Shown: positions 26,024 to 34,978 of the stretch, piece after piece
Layout: each line of letters starts with the position of its first letter
Numbering within the stretch: the first letter of the stretch is position 1
NCBI GenBank assembly: GCA_051860645.1
Contig: JBHYDO010000001.1
Coordinates: 1-44,600, forward strand
DNA length: 44,600 nucleotides
Direction: 5' to 3'
Source: Roseococcus sp.
GTDB lineage: Bacteria > Pseudomonadota > Alphaproteobacteria > Acetobacterales > Acetobacteraceae
Translations under genes and position numbers: made by a program
The notes under the pieces: model-generated
What the model was told of the DNA's origin: nothing
The model's input: only the letters and a program-made list of their open reading frames with translations
Database searches by the model: none

Positions 26024-26809
26024 TCACTCCCGCGACGGTTTCCAGACGGGCTCGGGCGGGGTCCAAAGCACCGGGTCGCGCATGGCGGCGGCCAGGCGGG
26101 TGCAGATGGCTTCCAGCATGGCCTTCCCCTTCTCGGCCGTGGCCGCCCTCGGGTCGCCGCGGACGCCCGTCCGGGGCGCGCGTTCGGCGAAGGAATAGAA
26201 GCGCGAGAAGCCCGGCGGGGCCTGCACGCCTTCGTTGTTGGCGCCGGCGGCTTCCTCCAGCCGGTTCATCCGGACCTGGCTGGGGTCCAGCGCCATCCAC
26301 AGCGCCGTCTCGCCCTCGCAGGCGTGCATGATGCGCGGCTGGGTGGTCAGGATCGCCGCGATCTCGGCGGGCGCGGTGTTTGGCCAGGTGGTGGTCACGA
26401 CCGGGATGCCGAATTCATGCGCCAGCTCGCGCACCGAGACGCCCAGCGGCTCGATGTTGCCGCCATGCCCGTTCACGATCAGCAGGCGCCGGAACCCCTG
26501 CGCCACCAGGCTTCGCACCACGCAGCGCAGCACGGCGTGGAAGGTGGCGTGATCCAGCGTGATGGTGCCGCCGAAGGGCAGGTGATGCTCCGAAAGCCCG
26601 GTCCAGAGCGGCGGCAGCACGATGGCCGGCACGTCCTGCGCCTGTTCCGCCGCCGCTACCGCCACGGCATGGGCGATGAAGCTGTCGGTCCAGACCGGCA
26701 AATGCGGCCCGTGCTGCTCCAGGCTGCCGATGGGCAGGACGGGCAGGGCGCCCTCCGCCGCCAGGGCCTTCAGCTCGGGGCCGGTGTGTCTTTCCCAGCG
26801 GACGTCCAT
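26024..26809 (-). CDS. Creatininase family amidohydrolase
   Basis: 'PIGSLEQHGPHLP..TD', 'SEHH..FGGT', 'NGHGGN' and 'HACEGET'; SD GGAGG. Confidence 0.92.
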   Translation of the reverse strand: MDVRWERHTGPELKALAAEGALPVLPIGSLEQHGPHLPVWTDSFIAHAVAVAAAEQAQDVPAIVLPPLWTGLSEHHLPFGGTITLDHATFHAVLRCVVRSLVAQGFRRLLIVNGHGGNIEPLGVSVRELAHEFGIPVVTTTWPNTAPAEIAAILTTQPRIMHACEGETALWMALDPSQVRMNRLEEAAGANNEGVQAPPGFSRFYSFAERAPRTGVRGDPRAATAEKGKAMLEAICTRLAAAMRDPVLWTPPEPVWKPSRE

Positions 26810-26860
26810 GGCGGTGCCTCCCTCTTGCGATCCGGCAACAAGCTGACATGTCCGGGCGAG

Positions 26861-28393
26861 ATGATCGAGGTGGTCTGGTTCAAGCGGGATCTGCGCGTGC
26901 ACGACCACGCGGCGCTGGCGGCCGCGCGCGGGCCGGTGCTGCCGCTGTATGTCGTGGAGCCGGATTACTGGCGCGGCGCCGATGCCTCGCCCCGGCAATG
27001 GCGCTTCACCCGCGACGCGCTGCAGGATTTGCGGGCGGAACTGGGCAAGCTCGGCCTTCCCCTGGTCGTGCGGGTGGGCGAGGTGGTGCCGCTGCTGGCC
27101 GCCCTGCACGCGCGCCACCCCATCCGCGCCCTGCACAGCCATGAGGAGACGGGCAACCTCTGGACCTATGCGCGTGACCGTGCGGTCGGCGCCTTCTGCC
27201 GTGCCCATGGCATCGCCTGGACCGAGCACCGGCAATTCGCCGTGTTCCGCCGCCTGGACAGCCGAGACCGCTGGGCCGCCCGCGCCGCTGCCCACCATGG
27301 CGCGCCGATGGTGGCGGCGCCGCGCGGGCTGGTGGCGGTGCCGGAGGTGTCGGAGGGCGCCATCCCCGACCAGCCCTTGCCCTGGAACCCCGACGACGGG
27401 CTGCTGCGCCCCCAGCCCGCCGGCCGCGCCGCTGCCCTCTCCCTGCTGGACAGCTTCCTGGCCGGGCGCGGGGCCGACTACCGGCGCGGCATGTCCTCGC
27501 CCCGCACCGCGCCGCGCGCCTGTTCCCGGCTGTCGCCCCACCTGCCCATGGGCAGCGTCTCGATGCGCGAGGTGATGCAGCGCCTCGCCACCGCCCAGGC
27601 GGCGCTGGCCGCCATGGACGCGCGTGAACGGCCCATCCCGCTGGGCGCCGCGCAATCCCTGGCGTCGCGGCTGCACTGGCACTGCCATTTCATCCAGAAG
27701 CTGGAGAGCGAACCGGCGCTGGAACGCCGCGCCGCCCACCCCGCCGCGGAGGCCGCCCGCCGCCCCACCGCCCCGGACGACCCCACCCTGCTGGCCTGGG
27801 CCGAGGGCCGCACCGGCCTGCCCTTCCTGGATGCCTGCATGCGCAGCCTCATCGCCACCGGCTGGCTGAACTTTCGCATGCGCGCGATGGTCCAGGCCGT
27901 CGCCAGCTACCACCTCGCGCTGGACTGGGCGGCCAGCGGGGCGCGGCTGGCCCGGCTGTTCACCGACTACGAGCCGGGCATCCATTGGCCGCAGGTGCAG
28001 ATGCAGTCCGGCGCCACCGGCATCAACACGCCGCGCATCTACAACCCCGTGAAGCAGGGGCTGGACCAGGACCCGGAGGCGGAATTCATCGCCCGCTGGG
28101 TGCCGGAGGTGGCGCATCTGCCGCCCGCCCTGCGCCACATGCCCTGGAAGCTGGACGCTCCGCCCGCCGGCTATCCGGCGCCCGTGGTGGACGTCACCGC
28201 CGCCATGCGCGCCGCCCGTGACCGCCTGACCGCCCTGCGCGCCTCGCTAGGCTTCGAGGCAGCGGCCCGCGGCGTCTATCGCAAGCATGGCAGCCGCGCC
28301 CGCCGCTTCGGCCAGGACGACCCCGCGAGCGAACGCGCCAAGGCCGCCGCCCGCGCCGCCAGGGAAGGCCGGCAGATGCGGCTGGACGTCTGA
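26861..28393 (+). CDS. Photolyase/cryptochrome-family FAD-binding protein
   Basis: 'VVWFKRDLRVHDH', 'SRLSPHL', 'W.EG.TG.PF.DACMR.L..TGWLNFRMRAM', 'DYEPGIHW' and 'RIYNP'. Confidence 0.9.
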   Translation: MIEVVWFKRDLRVHDHAALAAARGPVLPLYVVEPDYWRGADASPRQWRFTRDALQDLRAELGKLGLPLVVRVGEVVPLLAALHARHPIRALHSHEETGNLWTYARDRAVGAFCRAHGIAWTEHRQFAVFRRLDSRDRWAARAAAHHGAPMVAAPRGLVAVPEVSEGAIPDQPLPWNPDDGLLRPQPAGRAAALSLLDSFLAGRGADYRRGMSSPRTAPRACSRLSPHLPMGSVSMREVMQRLATAQAALAAMDARERPIPLGAAQSLASRLHWHCHFIQKLESEPALERRAAHPAAEAARRPTAPDDPTLLAWAEGRTGLPFLDACMRSLIATGWLNFRMRAMVQAVASYHLALDWAASGARLARLFTDYEPGIHWPQVQMQSGATGINTPRIYNPVKQGLDQDPEAEFIARWVPEVAHLPPALRHMPWKLDAPPAGYPAPVVDVTAAMRAARDRLTALRASLGFEAAARGVYRKHGSRARRFGQDDPASERAKAAARAAREGRQMRLDV

Positions 28394-28424
28394 CGGGCTG
28401 GATTTCCTGGACCCTGTTGCCCAG

Positions 28425-28445
28425 TTGAGCGTAACTTCCGCTCAA
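28425..28445. promoter_or_regulatory. Palindromic operator upstream of the Xre-RES module
   Basis: TTGAGCG-N7-CGCTCAA immediately before the SD (AAGGAG). Confidence 0.6.
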
Positions 28446-28456
28446 AGGAGCCGATC

Positions 28457-28882
28457 ATGACCTACGCCGCCATCTACAACGCGCCCGTGACGGCCCGCAT
28501 CGGCCTGATCCGCGAGGGTGTGGCCGCCGTGGTCGCCAAGGAATGGCTCGACCTGCCGGAGCTGGGCCGCAACGCCACCCTCAAGGCGCTGGACCTGGCC
28601 GTCGCCACCTTCAACCGCAAGGTGAAGGAACGCGGCACCCTCTCGCCCGCCGAGAGCGAGCGCGTGCTGGGCCTGGCCCGCCTGGTGGGCCAGGTGGAGG
28701 CCATGGTGCGCGACGCCGGCACGCCCGAGGGCTTCGACGCCCGCGCCTGGCTGGCCCGCTGGCTGCAGGAGCCTTTGCCGGCGCTGGGCCACGCCCGCCC
28801 GCTGGACCTGTTGAACACCATGGAGGGCCAGCGCCTGGTCTCCGACACTCTGGCCAAGGCCGCGAGCGGCGCCTACGCGTGA
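28457..28882 (+). CDS. Xre/MbcA/ParS-family antitoxin
   Basis: HTH region, 'LS.AESER.L.LARL' and C-terminal 'WL..P.PALG..RPLDLL.T.EG..LV..L......G.YA'. Confidence 0.9.
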   Translation: MTYAAIYNAPVTARIGLIREGVAAVVAKEWLDLPELGRNATLKALDLAVATFNRKVKERGTLSPAESERVLGLARLVGQVEAMVRDAGTPEGFDARAWLARWLQEPLPALGHARPLDLLNTMEGQRLVSDTLAKAASGAYA

Positions 28883-29361
28883 GCGTGACCGCCTGGCGCA
28901 TCGCCAGCGACACGCGCGACTGGGCGGCGGATGACCTGACCGGCGCCGGCGCCGAGGCCACCGGGGGGCGCTGGAACGCGGCGGGGCAGCCGGTGGTCTA
29001 TGCCTCGATGAGCCGGGCGCTGGCCTGCCTGGAGACGGTGGTGCACCTGAACGCGGCCGGCCTGCCGCTGAACCGCTATCTGGTGGAGCTCACCGTGCCC
29101 GAAGCGCTGTGGCGGGCGGCGCGGCGCGAGACGCCGGAGAGCCTGCCCGTGGGCTGGGACGAGGAGCCGGCGAGTGCGACCAGCATCCGGTTCGGCGGCG
29201 ATTGGCTGTCGGGCGGGGCGAACGCGCTGCTGCTGGTGCCGTCGGTGGTGGTGCCGGAGGAGTGGAACCTGCTGCTGAACCCGCGCCATGCCGGGGCGGC
29301 GGGGGTGAGGGCGCGGAAGGTGCGGAAGTGGCTGTATGACCCGAGGCTGCGAAGGGCTTGA
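28879..29361 (+). CDS. RES-domain toxin (NAD+ phosphorylase / ParT-like)
   Basis: 'WRI', 'GA...GGRWN..G..VVYAS.S.ALA.LE', 'VPSVVVP.E.N.LLNP.H' and 'YDPRL'; GTGA overlap with the antitoxin stop. Confidence 0.92.
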   Translation: MSVTAWRIASDTRDWAADDLTGAGAEATGGRWNAAGQPVVYASMSRALACLETVVHLNAAGLPLNRYLVELTVPEALWRAARRETPESLPVGWDEEPASATSIRFGGDWLSGGANALLLVPSVVVPEEWNLLLNPRHAGAAGVRARKVRKWLYDPRLRRA

Positions 29362-29398
29362 GGTGGGGGCGCTGGTCCGGTATCCATGGCGGTGCGGC

Positions 29399-29473
29399 GC
29401 GGGCGTAGTTCAGAGGTAGAACGTCAGCTTCCCAAGCTGAATGTCGGGGGTTCGATTCCCCCCGCCCGCTCCA
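29399..29473 (+). tRNA. tRNA-Gly (anticodon CCC), encoded CCA
   Basis: 75-nt cloverleaf: acceptor GCGGGCG/CGCCCGC, anticodon arm TCAGC-TTCCCAA-GCTGA, T-loop TTCGATT. Confidence 0.97.
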
Positions 29474-29518
29474 TCTCCACAACATCCAGGTGCTTGCGGC
29501 GCTTTTGCGTAGTGCGCT

Positions 29519-29833
29519 TCAGGCGGCCCTCACCACAGCCGTCCTCTGCTTCAGCAAGCCCAGGATCACTTGGTGGTCGCGCTCGATGGTCATGAGATAG
29601 GCGCGCATGGCCCCCAACGGCCGATGCCGCCCCTGCTCCCATTGCCGGACCTGATGAACCGTGAACCCGAATGAGGAGGCAAACCCCTCCTGCGAAAGCC
29701 GCGTCTTCTGCCGGATCGCCCGGACGTCCAGCTCGGCCGGCACGTGCAGTTGTGCAGGCTCAGCCTCGCCACGCGCGATGGCCGCCGCTTCGCGCAGTCC
29801 CTCTGCGATCTTGTCGAATGCCTTCTTGCTCAT
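29519..29833 (-). CDS. HigA-like HTH-XRE antitoxin
   Basis: 'AFDKI.EGL.EA' and 'DVRAIR.KT.LSQ..FA..FG......RQWEQGR..P'. Confidence 0.88.
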   Translation of the reverse strand: MSKKAFDKIAEGLREAAAIARGEAEPAQLHVPAELDVRAIRQKTRLSQEGFASSFGFTVHQVRQWEQGRHRPLGAMRAYLMTIERDHQVILGLLKQRTAVVRAA

Positions 29834-30192
29834 CTTCTTGCATCCATCCTGCTGACTCGGTTCGCGTAGCCGGTCACGATGTCCTTGGTGATGGCGGCCA
29901 GCGCGTTCTGTTCCTTCTTCGACAGGTCCGAGCGCTCGCCCTTCCCAAAAACCGTGATCAGAAAGACCGGCAGGTCATCTCCTGAGAAGAAGGTGATGCT
30001 CCGGTATCCTCCGCGCTTGCCGCGCCCGGGCGCAGCCCAGCGAAGCTTGCGGCACCCACCCGTTCCGGGAATGACATCGCCCTCGTCAGGGTTGTTGGCG
30101 AGGTGATTGACCAGCTCCGCGATCTCCTCCTCCAACATGCCAGCCGCCTTGGCCGCACGTCGAAAAGCATGAGTCTCGCAGACGCTGTGCAT
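29830..30192 (-). CDS. HigB/RelE-like toxin (toxin-first order)
   Basis: 'LA.NP..GDVIPGTGG.RKLRW...GRGKRGG.R' and 'FLITVF.K.E..DLS'; ATGA overlap with the antitoxin. Confidence 0.88.
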   Translation of the reverse strand: MHSVCETHAFRRAAKAAGMLEEEIAELVNHLANNPDEGDVIPGTGGCRKLRWAAPGRGKRGGYRSITFFSGDDLPVFLITVFGKGERSDLSKKEQNALAAITKDIVTGYANRVSRMDARR

Positions 30193-30197
30193 CGAGG

Positions 30198-30228
30198 GGT
30201 ATATGCGTGTTTCACGCAGTGTCGTCAA
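30198..30228 (-). promoter_or_regulatory. Promoter and operator of the higBA-like operon, probably leaderless
   Basis: TTGACG-N17-CATATA ends 7 nt before ATG 30192. The palindrome TGCGTG-TTT-CACGCA (30204-30218) spans the spacer and overlaps the -10 box. Confidence 0.65.
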
Positions 30229-30256
30229 CTCTTTTGGTGACCCGCCCGCTCCCCAC

Positions 30257-33200
30257 TCACCCCTCCGCCATCGCCACCGCCTCCCCCAAATCCACGCTCA
30301 ACAACCGCGACACGCCGCGCTCCTGCATCGTCACGCCGAACAGCCGGTGCATCCGCGCCATGGTCAGCGCGTGGTGGGTGATGATGAGGAAGCGCGTGCC
30401 GCCCCCCACCCGCGCCTCGCCCGGACCCTCGGCGCCATCCGCCTCGACGGGGCGTGACATCACGTCCAGCAGGTCGCACAGCCGCTCCACATTCGCGTCG
30501 TCCAGCGGCGCGTCCACCTCGTCCAGCACGCAGACGGGTGCGGGGTGGCAGCGGAACACCGCGAAGATCAGGGACAGCGCCGTCAGCGCCTGCTCCCCGC
30601 CCGACAGCAGCGACAGCGCCGAAAGTTTCTTCCCCGGCGGCTCCGCATAGATCTCGAGGCCGCCTTCCAGCGGGTCCTCGCTGCCCACCATCGCCAGATG
30701 CGCCCGCCCGCCGCCGAACAGCCGGGTGAACAGCGCCCGGAACTCCCGGTCCACCTGGTCGAAGGTGGCGCGCAGCCGCTCCCGCGCCTCGCGGTTCAAA
30801 TGCCCGATCGAGCCGCGCAGCTTGGCGATGGCGGCGCCGATCTCCTCGCGCTCCCGCATCAGGGTGGCGATGCGCGCCTCCAGCTCCTCCAGCTCCGCCT
30901 CCGCGCGGAGGTTCACGGGGCCCATCTCCTCGCGTTCGCGCGCCAAGCGTTCGGCCTTGCGGCGGGCGCGGTCCTCGGCGGCGTCGGTCAGGTCGGCGGG
31001 CGGGTCCGGCAAGGTGGGCGCCTCGCCAAAGCGCTCGGTGATGCGCTCGGCCAGGGAAGCGCCGGCGCGCAACGCCGCCTCCCGCGCCGCCTCGGCCCGA
31101 AGCGCCGCCTCGCGCGCGGAGGCCAGCGCGGCATCGGCCACCCGCCGCGCATCCTCGGCCGAACGCGCGCGGGTGCCGGCGGCCTCCAGCACGTCCACCG
31201 CCTCCGCATGAGCCGCTTCGGCGGCGGTCAAACGGGTCTGCGCCTCCGCCGTCAGCCGCGCGGCCTCCTCCGGCCGGCGGGCCAGGGCGTCGCGGCGGCT
31301 GGCGGCATCGGCGACTCGGGCGGTCAGCGCCTCGCGTCGGGCGGTGGCGTCGGCCAGGCGCTGCGCCCAGGCGGCGCGCTCGGCCAGGGCCGCCTCGCGC
31401 CGCGCGGACAGGCCCTCGCGCTCGGCCCGCAGGGCGGCGGCGCGGCCACGGGCCTCGGCCTCCCGCCCGCGAATGTCGGACAGCGACAGCCGCGCCGCCT
31501 CCACCCCCGCCCCCCCGGCCGCGGGGGGGGGCCGAGGGGGACCGGCGGCGCGGGCGGGGGCCCGCGCGCCCACCCCCGCCGCCAGGTCGGTGGCGCGGCG
31601 CTCTTCCTGCGGGGCCAGCGCGGCCAGTTGCGCGGCGGCGGCCGCCTGCCGTTCGGTCAGGCGCTGCAATTCGGTGCGGCGGGCGGCGAGCTCTGTCTCC
31701 GAGGTGGCGCGGGCGCGGCGGGCGGCGTGCTCGGCGGCCTCGGCGCGGGTGGCGGCGGCGGCTTCCTCGGCGGCACCGCGCGGGGCGGGCAGGGCGGCCA
31801 GCGCGGCCTCGGCCTCGTGCAGGGCCGCTTCCGCCTCGGCGCGTTCGGCGGCGGCGCGGCCGGCCTGGGCGGTGGTCTCGGCCAAGCGGCGTTCGGCGGC
31901 GTCGAGGTTCGCGGCCAGTCGCGCGGCGCGGGCCTCTGCCTCGCGCGCCTGGGTTTCGGCGATGTTGCGGGCGCGGCGGGCCGTCTCCTCGGCGGCTTGC
32001 GCGGCGCGGTCGGCGGCGACGGCCTCGGCGCGGGCGGTCTCGGCGGCGCGGGCGGCGGGGGCGGCCTCGGCCAGCTTTGCCTCGGCCTGACGCAGACGGG
32101 CCAGCGCCTGCAACCGCGCGGCCCCGGCCTGCGCGCCGCCCGGCGCCAGCACATAGCCATCCCAGCGCCACAACGCCCCGCCGCGCGAGACCAGCGCCTG
32201 CCCCGGCCGCAGCGCCGCCTGGTGCGGCGCCCCATCCTCCGCCAGCCCGATCTGCGACAGCGCACGCGAGAGTTCCGCCGGCGCCTCAACCAGCGAGGCC
32301 AAGGACACCACGCCTGAAGGCAGCGGCGGCGGCTCGGCCAGGGGCGGCAGGGCACGCCAGAAGCGGCTGCGCCCGCTGCCGCGCCCGCCCTCCAGCCCCT
32401 CGCCCAGCGCGGCACCGAGGGCCGCTTCCAGCCCGGCCGGCACGCGCAGGGTGCGGGCGATGGGATTGGCCTCGGCGGCATCGCCCGTCGCGGCTTCCAA
32501 CCCCTGCAACTCGGCCTTCAGGCGCGATTCGGCGGCGAGGGCGGCGGTTTCCGCGGCGCGGGCCTCGGTGGCGCGGCGGGTGGCGGCGTCGCGGGCGGGG
32601 AGGGCCTGGGCCAGCGCCGCCTCGGCCTCTCGCAGCCTGGCAGCCGCGGCATCGGCGGCGGCGCGGGCCTGGGCGGCCTCAGCGGCATCGGGGCGCGCGG
32701 CGGCGAGGCGCGCCTGTTCGCCCCGCGCCGCCCCGTCGCGCGTGCGGGCGGATTGCGCACGGGTGGCGGCGGCGGTGCGGGCGCGGTCGGCGGCGGTGCG
32801 CTCGATCTCGGCGGCGCGGGTGGCGCGCTGCGCCTCGGCGGCCTGTTCGGCGGCCTGGCGACGGGCGCGCTCGGCGGCTTCCAGCGCGGCGCGGGCCTCG
32901 GTCAGCGCGGCCTCGGCGGCGGAAACCGCCTCAGCGGTGGCCAAGCGGACGGGCTCGGGGACGGATTGCGCCTCGGCCGCGCGACGCTGGGCGTCGAGCT
33001 GGGTGCGGAGGTCGTGCAGCCGCTTCGCGCGCTGGTCGGCGAAGGCGAGTTCGGAGGCCAGCTGGTTCGCCCGCGCGGCCAGCTGCGCCGCGGCCTCGGT
33101 GGATTCCTGCAACCGTGCCTCGGCGGCGGCGATCTCGGCGGAGAGGGCGTCGGCGGCGGGCGCGGCCTCGGCGATGCGGGTGGGCAGTTGGCCGTAGGCA

Positions 33201-34309
33201 CCGGCAAGCCCGGCGGCCTCGCGCCCTGCGCGGGTTTCGGCGGTGCGGGCGTCCTCTTCAAGGCGTTCGGCATCGGCCACGTCGGCGCGGAGCTGGGCCA
33301 GGTTGGCCTCGGCCTCGCGCAGCGCCTCGGCGGCGCGGGCGGATTCGGCGGCCAGGTTCTCGGCCTCGACGCGCCGGCGTTCCAGCAGGGTGCGGGCCAG
33401 GCCTTCCTCGGCCCGGGGCGCGTCCAGCGCTGCGGCAAGCACCTCGGCGGCGCGGGTGGCCTGGGCGGCGCCGGCCTCCGCCTCGCGCAGGGCCTCGCCG
33501 CGCCCGGCCAGGGCCGCGCTCGCGTCCTCGATGGCCGCCTCGGCGCGGGCGACGAGGATGGCGAACCAATCCCCTTCCGCCTCGCGCACCAGGGTGGAGA
33601 GGTTGCGGTAGCGGGCGGCCTGCCGGGCCTGCTTCCGGAGCGATTCCTGCTGGGTGTTCAGGTTGTTGAGCAGGTCCTCGCTGCGCCCGAGATTGGTCTC
33701 GGCTTGGCGAAGCTTCAGTTCTGCCTCATGGCGGCGCGCGCGCAGGCCGGCGATGCCCGCCGCCTCCTCCAGCACCGAGCGGCGTTCCTCGGGCTTGGCG
33801 CCGATCAGCATGGCGACCCGCCCCTGGCTGACCATGCCCGAGGCGCGTGGTCCGCTGGCGAGGTCCGCGAACATGGTGTTCACGTCGCGCGCCCGCACCT
33901 CGCGGCCATTGATCCGGTAGGAACTGCCGGAGCCACGCTCGATGCGGCGGATCACCTCCAGCTCGGCGGCGCGGTCCATCGGCGGGGGGGCGACGCCCAG
34001 CGCGTCCTCCAGGCGCAGCACCACCTCGGCCAGGTTGCGGGCGGGGCGGGTGGCGGTGCCGGCGAAGATGACGTCATCCATCTCGCCGCCGCGCAGGGAT
34101 CGCGCGTTGCTTTCGCCCATGGCCCAGCGCAGCGCCTCCACCACGTTGGACTTGCCGCAGCCATTGGGGCCGACAATTCCCGTCAGCCCGGGCAGGACGG
34201 GCACCTGCACGGGTTCGGCGAAGCTCTTGAAGCCGGCGATGGACATGCCGGTGAGGGTGGCGGAAAGGCGGCGCCGCGCCTCTTCCGGCTCAGGCGTCGC
34301 CTCGCTCAC
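30257..34309 (-). CDS. smc: Chromosome segregation protein SMC (~1350 aa)
   Basis: 'GFKSF', Walker A 'GPNGCGKSN', hinge 'LEAALGAALG...LWRWDG', signature 'LSGGE' and Walker B/D-loop 'VLDEVDAPLD'. The GTG start overlaps the dsbA-like stop. Confidence 0.93.
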   Translation of the reverse strand: MSEATPEPEEARRRLSATLTGMSIAGFKSFAEPVQVPVLPGLTGIVGPNGCGKSNVVEALRWAMGESNARSLRGGEMDDVIFAGTATRPARNLAEVVLRLEDALGVAPPPMDRAAELEVIRRIERGSGSSYRINGREVRARDVNTMFADLASGPRASGMVSQGRVAMLIGAKPEERRSVLEEAAGIAGLRARRHEAELKLRQAETNLGRSEDLLNNLNTQQESLRKQARQAARYRNLSTLVREAEGDWFAILVARAEAAIEDASAALAGRGEALREAEAGAAQATRAAEVLAAALDAPRAEEGLARTLLERRRVEAENLAAESARAAEALREAEANLAQLRADVADAERLEEDARTAETRAGREAAGLAGAYGQLPTRIAEAAPAADALSAEIAAAEARLQESTEAAAQLAARANQLASELAFADQRAKRLHDLRTQLDAQRRAAEAQSVPEPVRLATAEAVSAAEAALTEARAALEAAERARRQAAEQAAEAQRATRAAEIERTAADRARTAAATRAQSARTRDGAARGEQARLAAARPDAAEAAQARAAADAAAARLREAEAALAQALPARDAATRRATEARAAETAALAAESRLKAELQGLEAATGDAAEANPIARTLRVPAGLEAALGAALGEGLEGGRGSGRSRFWRALPPLAEPPPLPSGVVSLASLVEAPAELSRALSQIGLAEDGAPHQAALRPGQALVSRGGALWRWDGYVLAPGGAQAGAARLQALARLRQAEAKLAEAAPAARAAETARAEAVAADRAAQAAEETARRARNIAETQAREAEARAARLAANLDAAERRLAETTAQAGRAAAERAEAEAALHEAEAALAALPAPRGAAEEAAAATRAEAAEHAARRARATSETELAARRTELQRLTERQAAAAAQLAALAPQEERRATDLAAGVGARAPARAAGPPRPPPAAGGAGVEAARLSLSDIRGREAEARGRAAALRAEREGLSARREAALAERAAWAQRLADATARREALTARVADAASRRDALARRPEEAARLTAEAQTRLTAAEAAHAEAVDVLEAAGTRARSAEDARRVADAALASAREAALRAEAAREAALRAGASLAERITERFGEAPTLPDPPADLTDAAEDRARRKAERLAREREEMGPVNLRAEAELEELEARIATLMREREEIGAAIAKLRGSIGHLNREARERLRATFDQVDREFRALFTRLFGGGRAHLAMVGSEDPLEGGLEIYAEPPGKKLSALSLLSGGEQALTALSLIFAVFRCHPAPVCVLDEVDAPLDDANVERLCDLLDVMSRPVEADGAEGPGEARVGGGTRFLIITHHALTMARMHRLFGVTMQERGVSRLLSVDLGEAVAMAEG

Positions 34310-34917
34310 GTGCGCGGGGCGTTGCGCACCTGCCGCTCGAACTCGCCGAAGGAGAGCCCGCCCGTGTGCAGCCGCCCGTTGAAGGTGAAGCTGGGCGTGG
34401 CGCGAATCTGAAATTCCTGCTCCGCCGCCAGGCGCTGGGCCAGGATGCCGCGGTGGAAATCCTGGTCGGCGGCGACGGCGTTGAAGGCCTCGCGGTCCAT
34501 GCCGGCCAGGGCGGCAAGCCGGGCGAGTTCCTCCGCCTGCCGGCCCTGGGCGAAGGCCCAGCGCGGCTGGGTCTGGAACAGCGCGGTGAGGAAGGCCTCG
34601 TAGCGGTCGGCCGGCATGGCGCGGGCGACGGCGGAGGCCAGCAGGGCGATGCCATCCAGCGGGAAGTCGCGCCAGACCATGCGGATGCGGCCGCTCTCGA
34701 CCAGTTGGCGGCGCACCTGCGGCCAGACGTCGTTGTGGAAATTCGCGCAATGACCGCAGGTGAGGGAGAAGAACTCCTGCACCACCACCGGTGCATCGGC
34801 CTGGCCGGTGCTGCGTTCGGCGAGGCGCGGGTCGCTGGGGGCGGGCGTCTGGGCAAGCGCCGGCGAGGCGACGAGGCCGGTGCCGAGGACGCCGAGGATA
34901 CGACGGGAAATCCGCAT
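34306..34917 (-). CDS. DsbA-family thiol-disulfide oxidoreductase
   Basis: CGHC active site, 'RDFPLD' and cis-Pro 'ATP.F'; twin-Arg-like signal. Confidence 0.9.
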   Translation of the reverse strand: MRISRRILGVLGTGLVASPALAQTPAPSDPRLAERSTGQADAPVVVQEFFSLTCGHCANFHNDVWPQVRRQLVESGRIRMVWRDFPLDGIALLASAVARAMPADRYEAFLTALFQTQPRWAFAQGRQAEELARLAALAGMDREAFNAVAADQDFHRGILAQRLAAEQEFQIRATPSFTFNGRLHTGGLSFGEFERQVRNAPRT

Positions 34918-34978
34918 GGAATTTAGTCTCCTGTGCTTTGGCTGGAGTTTACCCGCCGCCGCGCCGCGGCACAAAGAA

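Larger units (their letters stand above)
29461..30252. mobile_element. Integrase-less genomic islet at the tRNA-Gly 3' end carrying only a TA pair
   Basis: 12-bp direct repeat CCCGCCCGCTCC at 29461-29472 (tRNA 3' end) and 30241-30252; the enclosed DNA is visibly less GC-rich than its flanks. Confidence 0.65.

Noticed and set aside
24716-28393. 1225-aa antiporter-photolyase fusion ORF
   Set aside because: An artefact: the pseudogene frame reads through the antisense strands of pmtA and creatininase into the photolyase frame.
30257-34309. SMC-like defence system (Wadjet/Lamassu)
   Set aside because: It has a canonical hinge and sits in the housekeeping DUF721-dsbA-smc context, with no jetABD or effector genes.
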